Origin: an uncultured Gammaproteobacteria bacterium
GTDB taxonomy: Bacteria; Patescibacteriota; Patescibacteriia; Patescibacteriales; UBA12465
Length of the DNA stretch: 64,000 nucleotides
Assembly: GCA_964616855.1 (NCBI GenBank)
Contig: CAZTUJ010000001.1
Span: forward strand, 192,301-256,300
Direction of reading: 5' to 3'
A program made the translations under genes and the position numbers. The notes below the pieces were generated by a model. That model saw only the letters and a program-made list of their open reading frames with translations. It did no database searches and was not told where the DNA came from. Positions 7,869 through 15,945 of the stretch are shown piece after piece (position 1 is the first letter of the stretch; each line of letters begins with the position of its first letter).

Positions 7869-10070
7869 TTATTTTAAATCATCAATTATCTTCTCAATCA
7901 TTTGCTGGAAGCTGAGACTGGGCTTCCAGTTGGTAATAGTTTTTAATTTACCGGCATCACCGACTAAGAAAGTTTTTTGAGGACTGAGCATGCCTTTCTT
8001 CTCTTGGACAAATTTACGCCAGTCCAAATCTAGATAATTAAAAGTAATATTGACAAAATCTTGAACGGAATGGGCTTGACCTGTAGCAATAATGAAATCA
8101 TCAGCTTTTTCTGTTCGTAAAATTAGCTGCATGGCACGAATGTAGTCATAGGCATAACCCCAGTCGACTTTGGCATTTAAGTCGCCTAAAATAAGTTGGT
8201 CGCTTTTACCATTTTTAATATCAAGGGCGCCTTTAATTATTTTCATGGAAACAAAGCTTTCGGAGCGATATTTGGACTCGTGGTTATAGAAAATGCCGGC
8301 GGTGGCGAAGAGACCATATTTTTCTCGATAGAATTTACTTAGCCAGAAGCCGTTCATTTTAGTGAGGCCATAGACAGTATTGGGGTTGCAAGGAGTTGTT
8401 TCAGTTTGAAAATTTTCAGAGTTATCTCCAAAAATCAGGGAAGAGCTGGCGTAGAAGATATGGCTAGCAGAAGAAAAAAGACGGACGCCTTCAAGAAAAT
8501 TGAGAAAAGACAAAACGTTGGTTTGGTAGCTTTGAGCGACTCTGCCATCTTCTTTTTTGTCTCTGTCTTGAGAAGAATGATGGAAGGCGGCTAAGTAATA
8601 AATTTCATCCGGTTGCCATTCCTTTAGGAAGGCGGCCACTGCTTGCTCATTATTAATATCAATTTTTTGCTGCCAGTTAGTCTCTCGGGTGCAGAGAGAG
8701 TCTTTGCCAATGCCGACTATTTTATAATCCTGCGTAGATAAATCATCAAATAAAATTTTTCCGTCTTGGCCGCCCACGCCGATAATAACCGCCTTTTTTT
8801 TATTGGATAAATCTTCTTGACTAATAATCTTAATGGTCGGCAAGGGGAAAATTAATTTACCGCCATTTTTTAGAAATTCTTGTTCCCGATTGACGATATT
8901 ATCTTGGAAGTGCCAGGGTAATACTAAGAAGTAGTCAGGCTTGGTCGCCTTTGCTTCTTTTTCGGAGACAATGGGAATAAGGGTGCCGGGAGTGCGGCGC
9001 TGAAATTTATATTCATTAACATCGGCAATACAGGTTAAATCCGCTGCCGACAGTTGGCAGTATTGTAAGATAACGTTGCCTTTAGTGGAAGCACCGTAGC
9101 CATAAACTTTATGGCCTTCTTTTTTAAGATCGGTTAGAAGTTTTTTAAGTTCTTGCCGGTGTTTTTCTGTCTGTAGGCGGAAATTTTCATAGATCGCCAT
9201 TTGGTTAAAGCCTCTTTTTTCTTCATCATCAAGAGCGTCTTTAATTAAAGATTCGGCTTCTTGGTGTTTAGAGTCACGATGAGCCAAAGTTAAGCAGAAA
9301 CTGGCACCGTTAATCTTATTAAATTCTAGATTGATTATTTTTAGTCCCGCCCGCTCCGCCATCCATTGGAATTGTTTGAGAGCATAAAATTCTAAGTGTT
9401 CATGGCAGATAGTGTCGTAGGAAACATTATCGATCATCGCTGGCAGGTAGCTTTGTTCAACCACCCAGATTCCTTTTTCGTCTAGCACCGCGGCAATATC
9501 TTTCATGATGGCTAAGGGGTCGGGTAGGTCATAGAACATGGCAATTGAGCTGATGACCTTGGCTTTTTTATCTCCCTTTAGTTTCTTTACCACCGCGGCT
9601 GAGAAAAAAGAAGCTTCTTTAACAACATCGGCCGGATAGTATTCTTGGAATTTTTCCGCAGTCGGATCAATGCCCAGTAAGTCTAATTTCCGATTACGAT
9701 ATTGAGAAAGCAGTGTGCCGTCATTACTGGCAATGTCTATAATTAAATCATCGTCAGCTAGCTCCATCCTTGCTTCTATCTTGGCCACTATTTCCCCTAA
9801 ATGTGTCACCATGGAGGAGTTCAGTCCGGAGCGATAGCCATAGTTATCACCATAAAGCTTCTCCATGCTGTAGTCGTGCTGAAGCTGGACTAAGCCGCAA
9901 TGCTGACTGGTATCTTCATGGAAACATTTAACAATAGCCAGGGGTCCGCTCTCGACCACTTCATCAACTTGGGGAAAGACGCCGGTTAAGGCCTGTTCGC
10001 CTAAGTCAAGAATAGGGACTAAATTTTCATTACCGCAGATGCGGCAACGGTTAATTTTTTGGTAGAGCAT
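7869..10070 (-). CDS. Fusion protein: NDP-hexose C-methyltransferase-like module (zinc ribbon + SAM MTase + C-terminal domain) joined to a Gmd/Rmd-like short-chain dehydrogenase/reductase
   Basis: The methyltransferase module spans aa 1-~420 (nt ~8811-10070). It has a Cys4 cluster (C9, C12, C49, C58), the SAM-fold block LIIDIASNDGTL and the TylC3-type C-terminal region YGYGASTKGNVILQY...FLVLPW. The SDR module spans aa ~425-733 (nt 7872-8798). It has GVGGQDG, YGLTK (YxxxK), FYNHES and VDWGYAYDY, collinear with the neighbouring Gmd, but SSSL replaces the Gmd STSE. Confidence 0.75.
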   Translation of the reverse strand: MLYQKINRCRICGNENLVPILDLGEQALTGVFPQVDEVVESGPLAIVKCFHEDTSQHCGLVQLQHDYSMEKLYGDNYGYRSGLNSSMVTHLGEIVAKIEARMELADDDLIIDIASNDGTLLSQYRNRKLDLLGIDPTAEKFQEYYPADVVKEASFFSAAVVKKLKGDKKAKVISSIAMFYDLPDPLAIMKDIAAVLDEKGIWVVEQSYLPAMIDNVSYDTICHEHLEFYALKQFQWMAERAGLKIINLEFNKINGASFCLTLAHRDSKHQEAESLIKDALDDEEKRGFNQMAIYENFRLQTEKHRQELKKLLTDLKKEGHKVYGYGASTKGNVILQYCQLSAADLTCIADVNEYKFQRRTPGTLIPIVSEKEAKATKPDYFLVLPWHFQDNIVNREQEFLKNGGKLIFPLPTIKIISQEDLSNKKKAVIIGVGGQDGKILFDDLSTQDYKIVGIGKDSLCTRETNWQQKIDINNEQAVAAFLKEWQPDEIYYLAAFHHSSQDRDKKEDGRVAQSYQTNVLSFLNFLEGVRLFSSASHIFYASSSLIFGDNSENFQTETTPCNPNTVYGLTKMNGFWLSKFYREKYGLFATAGIFYNHESKYRSESFVSMKIIKGALDIKNGKSDQLILGDLNAKVDWGYAYDYIRAMQLILRTEKADDFIIATGQAHSVQDFVNITFNYLDLDWRKFVQEKKGMLSPQKTFLVGDAGKLKTITNWKPSLSFQQMIEKIIDDLK

Positions 10071-10080
10071 AGATAGGCGG

Positions 10081-11103
10081 CTATTGATTATTATTTTGAA
10101 GATCGTGTTCCATCATAATTTTTACCAATTCTTTAAAACCTACTCGCGGTTGCCAATTTAATTGTTTCCTAGCTTTACTGCTGTCACCGATGAGTAGTTC
10201 TACTTCGGTGGGGCGGAAATATTTAGGGTCAATATCAATTAAAACTTTTCCGGAAAGGCGGTCCACTCCTTTTTCTTCTAAACCAGAGCCCTGCCATTCA
10301 ATTTGATAGCCGGCCAAAGCAAAGGCTTCCTCGCAAAATTCGCGGATACTGTGCGTTTCACCGGTGGCGATGACGTAGTCATCGGCTTTTTCTTGTTGAA
10401 GCATCAGCCACATGGCTTCGACGTAGTCCGGAGCATAGCCCCAGTCTCTTTTGGCGTCTAAATTACCTAAACTGATTTTTTCTTTTTTGCCTTGTTTAAT
10501 TTCCGTAATGCCAGTGGTGATTTTCCGGGTTACAAAAATCTTTCCCCGACGAGGCGATTCGTGGTTGAAGAGGATGCCGTTGCAAGCAAAGATATTATAG
10601 GCTTCACGGTGGTTGACCACGGTCCAGAAGGAGAAGAGCTTAGCCACTCCATAAGGTGAGCGCGGATAGAAAGGAGTTTTTTCAGTCTGAGGGGTTTCTT
10701 GAACCTTGCCAAAAAGTTCGGAAGTAGAAGCTTGATAGAATTTGGGTTTGATGCCGGCGTTTTTAATAGCATCTAATAGACGCAGGGTGCCGAGGCCATC
10801 AATCTCCGCTGTATATTCTGGAATCTGGAAAGAGATATGAACATGTGATTGGGCGCCGAGGTTATAGATTTCATCCGGCTGTATTTGTTCTAACAAACGG
10901 CTAAGATTGCTGGAGTCAATTAAATCACCGTAGTGAAGGTGAAAGCGGTCACCCCCAGTTTGTAAAATGTGATCAATCCTTTCAGTGTTAAAAACCGAAG
11001 AAGCGCGGCGAATACCGTGGACTTCATAGCCTTTTTCTAAGAGCAGTTCGGCCAGATAGGAACCATCTTGGCCGGTGATGCCGGTAATGAGAGCTTTTTT
11101 CAT
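10081..11103 (-). CDS. gmd: GDP-mannose 4,6-dehydratase
   Basis: [56 protein letters not shown] and [17 protein letters not shown] at 11103 is preferred over the GTG at 11121, which would overlap the upstream stop at 11114-11116. Confidence 0.9.
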   Translation of the reverse strand: MKKALITGITGQDGSYLAELLLEKGYEVHGIRRASSVFNTERIDHILQTGGDRFHLHYGDLIDSSNLSRLLEQIQPDEIYNLGAQSHVHISFQIPEYTAEIDGLGTLRLLDAIKNAGIKPKFYQASTSELFGKVQETPQTEKTPFYPRSPYGVAKLFSFWTVVNHREAYNIFACNGILFNHESPRRGKIFVTRKITTGITEIKQGKKEKISLGNLDAKRDWGYAPDYVEAMWLMLQQEKADDYVIATGETHSIREFCEEAFALAGYQIEWQGSGLEEKGVDRLSGKVLIDIDPKYFRPTEVELLIGDSSKARKQLNWQPRVGFKELVKIMMEHDLQNNNQ

Positions 11104-11113
11104 ATTTTTTAAA

Positions 11114-12988
11114 TTAGGCACTTTTATCTTTCTTTTTAAATACTAAAGTGGCAAAGGCATAGCGGTGAGGTCCATATTGAAAATCTGGTTCAGGACAAGA
11201 CCAGTGCGGAGTATCAATGAGCTCGCAATCAGGGATGAGCTCCAGTAGCCTTATTTGTAAATCATTTTTTGTGTATAGCCTTTCATCCTCCATCGGTTTA
11301 TCCTGTCCTGCTTGCCAGTTTTCTAAATAATCACAGGTGATAATAGCTGTGCCGCCGGGTGCCAGGAGCGCGGCTATATCTTTGATAAAAGTTTCGTCAT
11401 CACCAACGTGTTCGATTACGGAAGTGGAAAAAATTAATTGGTAGGAATTGAGGATGGTTGTCGGTTTACTCATATATTCTCGTAAGGAATAATTGCTAAC
11501 CGGATCAATTTCTTCAATTTTAAGTCCCATTTTTTTCAAGCTCAAAGCGGCTGTGTCTTCGTAGCTGCCGACGCATAATATTTTTGAGGTAGTGTTTTCT
11601 GGGAGAAGGCGCCAGACAGTATCAAAAACAAAGGCTTGCTGTATATTGGCGGCGACAATTTTTTGGGCATAAATTTTTGGCGCCAAGAGAGATAACATTT
11701 TTTCCGCCGGAGCGTAGAGTTGCCTAGCCTTTTCATCAAGGATACGATTAAAGGAGTTATCGTTACCCAAGCTAATCGCTTGATATTTTATAGGAGCTAT
11801 TTCTATTTCAGTATTTTCTTCAGTCGCAGATGAGTCTCGTAGCCAAGAAAAATTTTCTTGAGGTTTTTGGAGTAAGCGGTAAACTTTGTTTTTAATTTTT
11901 CCGCGGATACTGATATTTTTTTCTGGGCGTTGATTAAAAATATTATTTAGAATGCGTTCATAGTCCCAGCATAAATTTTCTGGACTCCAATCTTGATATT
12001 TTTCCCAAAGAGGAGCGAAGCCGTTATTGGCAATTGTTAGTAAATCATTTTTTTCTACACAGATGGAGGGTTTAAGGTCGCGGATATGGCGGAACATGGA
12101 GCTGCTAGAAATGGCAATTGGTTTTTTTACCGACATTGCGACATCAACTGCACTAGATAGACCGCGGTCACCATTATCACCGTAGAGAAAGATATTAATA
12201 GTGTTGCCCGCTAGGAAGTTGCGCAATTGTTCGTCGTTTAAGAAATCGTGGGTAACGGTAAGTTTAATTTTTGGATTTTTAATTAAGGCTTGGCAATCTC
12301 TGGCAATTTTTCTAGCATTATCACCATTTTTATCAACAAAGTCGGCGCTAGGAATGTTGAATCTAATTAAAGCTTCGGGTAGGGTTTTTTCAGCGAGAGC
12401 GACAATCTTTCCAAAACCTTTATTGCTTGTACCGAAGCCAAAACTACCGATGGTGAAAATAGCGGGTGAGCCGCCGCCCTCATAGCGTTTAATCAATCTT
12501 CCTGTTTTGTAGACTAGAGGATTAAATAGTCGCAAAGATGGGTCGGGGGTGATGTAAAAATCAAATAGAGAGTTATTGAGCCGACGGTTGATTAAAAATT
12601 GATTGCGATAAGCGATGGCGTTATCAGCAACCGCTTGGGTCACTTCGTGAATAATACCAATCTGGGGAATTTTTATTTTACTAATTCTATTCCAGAATAA
12701 TCTTGGCAGTATTTTTTGGCTCAGCCAAGGCATTGTAATAGGATGGTAGTTATAGATGATACCGTCAGGCTGATGTTGTGCTATTAGTGCCTTTAACTCG
12801 TTGAGACTGGAGCATTCGGTGGGGATAAAATTATATTTTTGAGAAGATTGCAAAATATCAATAATATCTTTACCAAATTCATAAACCCCGCAATGGGTGC
12901 GGCGGTGAGAAACAAATAGTATTTTTTTATTATGGTTTAAAGGCTGTTCAAGATTATTCATAATCAAAAATTTATTGAGTTGCCCCAA
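11114..12988 (-). CDS. Two-domain protein: GT-B-like glycosyltransferase-like N-terminal region plus C-terminal class I SAM-dependent methyltransferase
   Basis: C-terminal aa ~465-560 carry [15 protein letters not shown] (a motif I-like block), [16 protein letters not shown] and [14 protein letters not shown]. The N-terminal ~350 aa have a Rossmann-like GT-B C-half pattern ([18 protein letters not shown]...[11 protein letters not shown]). Start is TTG at 12988 or ATG at 12961. Confidence 0.6.
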   Translation of the reverse strand: MGQLNKFLIMNNLEQPLNHNKKILFVSHRRTHCGVYEFGKDIIDILQSSQKYNFIPTECSSLNELKALIAQHQPDGIIYNYHPITMPWLSQKILPRLFWNRISKIKIPQIGIIHEVTQAVADNAIAYRNQFLINRRLNNSLFDFYITPDPSLRLFNPLVYKTGRLIKRYEGGGSPAIFTIGSFGFGTSNKGFGKIVALAEKTLPEALIRFNIPSADFVDKNGDNARKIARDCQALIKNPKIKLTVTHDFLNDEQLRNFLAGNTINIFLYGDNGDRGLSSAVDVAMSVKKPIAISSSSMFRHIRDLKPSICVEKNDLLTIANNGFAPLWEKYQDWSPENLCWDYERILNNIFNQRPEKNISIRGKIKNKVYRLLQKPQENFSWLRDSSATEENTEIEIAPIKYQAISLGNDNSFNRILDEKARQLYAPAEKMLSLLAPKIYAQKIVAANIQQAFVFDTVWRLLPENTTSKILCVGSYEDTAALSLKKMGLKIEEIDPVSNYSLREYMSKPTTILNSYQLIFSTSVIEHVGDDETFIKDIAALLAPGGTAIITCDYLENWQAGQDKPMEDERLYTKNDLQIRLLELIPDCELIDTPHWSCPEPDFQYGPHRYAFATLVFKKKDKSA

Positions 12989-12989
12989 T

Positions 12990-14327
12990 TTATCTCCCCT
13001 CCCGCCCTAAGACGGTGGCAATCGTTTTTAGGGCGATGGTGGCGTCGAGATAGGGGGAGCGATGCTTAATATAATATAAGTCGTGCTGCAACTTTTTTAA
13101 AGTATCAACCGGGGAGGAGGAATGATATTCACCCGAAACTTGATCCCAGCCACTTAAGCCTGGTTTTACTAAGAGGCGGGTATTATAGAAAGGTAATTGT
13201 TTCTCCAACTCAGCCGAAAATTCTGGTCTTTCCGGACGCGGGCCGATAAAACTCATTTCACCTTTGATCACATTGATTAACTGGGGAATTTCGTCTAAGC
13301 GCGTGGAGCGCAGAAAAGAACCAATTGCGGTAATGCGGTTGTCGTTGATTGTCGTCATCGCGCCATCATTATTTTTTACCCGCATGGTCCGGAATTTATA
13401 TAATTTAAAAGCGCGGCCATTTTTACCAAGGCGCTCTTGAGTGAAGATGGCTGGTCCGGAGCTGCTTAGTTTTACCATTAAGGCAATTAGTGGCCAGAAA
13501 GGTAGGGAGAGCAAGAAGATAATAGCGGCCAGGATGAAGTCCAGGCTTTGTTTAAGAAAATCAAAATAATTTTTTTCACCTTCTTGCAGATTTTCTAGGA
13601 ACCAATCTTGATTAATACTTTCTACCGGCACCTCTTCATTGATTTGTTCATAAAAATTGGTGTAAGAAATGAAGCTAACGCGGTAGCGGAGCAGGGCAAA
13701 TAAACTACTACTAATCATTTCGTTTGCCCCTAAGTCGTCAGCCAGGACAACAATGCGGATATTTTTGGTGCGGATATTTTTTTCTAAATCGGCCAATTCT
13801 GCGGCGTGGCTGATTATTTGGACAATTTGATAACCTAAACCCGGTTTTTTAGCCAGGCTGGCCACTAGGGCAGCGGTTTTTTCATTGTTGCCGATAATGG
13901 CTAAGTTGTTTTGCCAGGCATTAGCACTAGCCAGCCAATAGGCCAGACGTCGCCATAACAAAAAAGCAGCCAAGGCGATGGCGGTAAAAATGGCTAGATT
14001 GGTTTTAGGGGCGATGTCCGCCCGGGGAAAGATATAGAAATAAAGGGCGGCCAGCAGGGAAGCAGCGATGACGCTATTGAAGGTGCGGCGGGTAAAGTTT
14101 TTAATCGCCGCCATTTGGCGGAGACTATAGAGACTATTGATATAAAAAACTAAAATAAAAATTACGAAGACACCAAAAAAATAGCGCCAATGTCCCTGCC
14201 AGTAGGGTGTTAAATCTTGTTGGCCATCAATTAGGCGGTAGCGCACAAACAGCGTTAAAGCTAAAGCGGCGTGGAGAATTAATAAATCTCCGGCTAAGAA
14301 GATTATTTTTTTCAGGCGATGTTTCAT
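12990..14327 (-). CDS. Polyprenyl-phosphate glycosyl-1-phosphate transferase (WbaP/bacterial sugar transferase family), initiating enzyme
   Basis: N-terminal TM helices plus a C-terminal bacterial sugar transferase domain (PAIFTQERLGKNGRAFKLYKFRTM, DEIPQLINVIKGEMSFIGPRPERPEF). ATG at 14327 (MKHRLKK) is preferred over the track start at 14372. Confidence 0.85.
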   Translation of the reverse strand: MKHRLKKIIFLAGDLLILHAALALTLFVRYRLIDGQQDLTPYWQGHWRYFFGVFVIFILVFYINSLYSLRQMAAIKNFTRRTFNSVIAASLLAALYFYIFPRADIAPKTNLAIFTAIALAAFLLWRRLAYWLASANAWQNNLAIIGNNEKTAALVASLAKKPGLGYQIVQIISHAAELADLEKNIRTKNIRIVVLADDLGANEMISSSLFALLRYRVSFISYTNFYEQINEEVPVESINQDWFLENLQEGEKNYFDFLKQSLDFILAAIIFLLSLPFWPLIALMVKLSSSGPAIFTQERLGKNGRAFKLYKFRTMRVKNNDGAMTTINDNRITAIGSFLRSTRLDEIPQLINVIKGEMSFIGPRPERPEFSAELEKQLPFYNTRLLVKPGLSGWDQVSGEYHSSSPVDTLKKLQHDLYYIKHRSPYLDATIALKTIATVLGREGR

Positions 14328-14412
14328 ATTTATGCCTAAATCATAGCAATAAAAATATGGAAAAGCAACCAAAAAAGAGCTCCTCGGTTTAGTGTTTTAA
14401 TTAGGGTTACTA

Positions 14413-14441
14413 TTGACATTAGTTTATAAAAATGATATAAT
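14413..14441 (+). promoter_or_regulatory. Near-consensus sigma70-type promoter for the 14479 gene
   Basis: TTGACA (14413-14418), an exact 17-nt spacer, then TATAAT (14436-14441) preceded by TGa (extended -10). Confidence 0.7.
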
Positions 14442-14478
14442 TTAGCTATGTTAAAAGTGTCTGCATTTTTATATATTT

Positions 14479-15834
14479 ATGCTTAAATTCAATAAAAAAA
14501 CTTATATTTCTGCCTTTTTTGCCCTTTCCTTTTCCTTTTCCTTTTTAGGAATGTTTTTAATTAATATTAGCCAAGTAAAGGCTTTAAGCCCAGAAATTAA
14601 TCAAGTTAAAGTTCCTGGAGAAGCAACTGTTTATTATCTCAACCATGCTACCCATCAGCGCAAGGCTTATATTAATGAGGCCGTTTTTATCGATTACGGT
14701 AATACTTGGGAGGCAGTGCGAACTATTAGTCCGGAAGAATTAGCCAATTGGCCGGAAGCACAGTTAATTAAGACTGCTGATAGTGAAGATTTATATTATA
14801 TTCAAGAAGGCAAGAAGGTGAAAATTAAGAGTTATCAGGATATTATTGACTATAAATTAAGTTCAGTTCTACCTTTAACTGTGAGTGCTTTTGAATTATC
14901 TCAATACGAAGAGCAAGGCTCTTATCAAGAAACCGGATTGCTAAAAGCGCTAGGTTTAGAAATTTCTCAATCTTTAATTAATAATCAGCAATCGGGTAAT
15001 GTCTTAGTGCCGGGCACCCTGGATAACCAAGTGATGTTGCTTCACTTTCAGGCGCGTAACGAAGCCGTATCGGTGCAAAGTCTTCGTTTCAACTCCGGCG
15101 GCCTCTATGACTCTAAGCTAGTTGATGATATTTATTTAGTTAACGCTGCTACCGGGGAACGGTTAAAGGGTCATAGCACGGTACATGATCGTGAAGTGTC
15201 GCTTTATTTGAATCAAGGCGTTTTATTAATTCCAGCCGGTGCCACCGTTGATTTACGCGTTATGCTCGATCTTAAGAGTATTAGCAGCGTCGGCGGTCAA
15301 GATTTACGCTTGCAATTGCTTAGTGCCGATTCTATTGGTGCTTCCGCCGCCGCTACAGGCAATTTCCCTTTAGTTTCCTCTACCTTTTATATGGTGGAAG
15401 CTAATTCCATTCTTGGTCGGGTAGAAGCAACAGAGAATAGTTTGAATGGTAATGGTAGTGCCCGCAATCTCGGTGTTTTTACGCTTGCCGAAACTAGCGG
15501 CCAAGAAGATGTTTATATCAAAGAGATGGTCTTTAGTAACGAAGGTACGGCGGGACGTAATGATTTAGATACTTTTAAGCTGAAAAAAGATGGTAAAATA
15601 ATTGCTTCGGCTAAGACCATGGATCGTAATCGTCTTGTTTTTGATATCTCCTATCTCCGTATACCTGCCAACACCAGAGTCCAGTTGACGCTTAGCGCTA
15701 ATCTAACTAATGATTACCAGAGCCAGAGTGCGGTTGATTTAAGTCTAGAAAGACTAACGGCCGTGGGGCGGACTTATGAGTTTTCGCTCAGCCCCTTAAT
15801 TACCAATCTTCAAGAAAGCTTCCTCTTGCCATAA
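14479..15834 (+). CDS. Secreted/anchored hypothetical protein with N-terminal YYL-KR modules and repeated beta-rich domains
   Basis: N-terminal hydrophobic signal/anchor (ISAFFALSFSFSFLGMFLINISQVKA). Two short modules follow (TVYYLNHATHQRKAYI and DLYYIQEGKKVKI), then two similar beta-rich halves. No family was recognised. Confidence 0.6.
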   Translation: MLKFNKKTYISAFFALSFSFSFLGMFLINISQVKALSPEINQVKVPGEATVYYLNHATHQRKAYINEAVFIDYGNTWEAVRTISPEELANWPEAQLIKTADSEDLYYIQEGKKVKIKSYQDIIDYKLSSVLPLTVSAFELSQYEEQGSYQETGLLKALGLEISQSLINNQQSGNVLVPGTLDNQVMLLHFQARNEAVSVQSLRFNSGGLYDSKLVDDIYLVNAATGERLKGHSTVHDREVSLYLNQGVLLIPAGATVDLRVMLDLKSISSVGGQDLRLQLLSADSIGASAAATGNFPLVSSTFYMVEANSILGRVEATENSLNGNGSARNLGVFTLAETSGQEDVYIKEMVFSNEGTAGRNDLDTFKLKKDGKIIASAKTMDRNRLVFDISYLRIPANTRVQLTLSANLTNDYQSQSAVDLSLERLTAVGRTYEFSLSPLITNLQESFLLP

Positions 15835-15840
15835 TCGCTA

Positions 15841-15866
15841 AAAACAGGCACAAATGCCTGTTTTTT
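15841..15866 (+). terminator. Rho-independent terminator
   Basis: Stem caggca (15845-15850) pairs with tgcctg (15855-15860), with an A-run before it and a T6 tract (15861-15866) after it. Confidence 0.8.
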
Positions 15867-15868
15867 GT

Positions 15869-15897
15869 TTGGCGACAAGCCTAAGTTATGATATACT
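15869..15897 (+). promoter_or_regulatory. Candidate extended -10 promoter for the 15946 gene
   Basis: ttggcg (15869-15874), a 17-nt spacer, then TGaTATACT (tatact at 15892-15897). Confidence 0.5.
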
Positions 15898-15945
15898 AAA
15901 AAGAGCTTTCCAGCTGATAAATTTTTTAATTTTAGATTTAAATAT

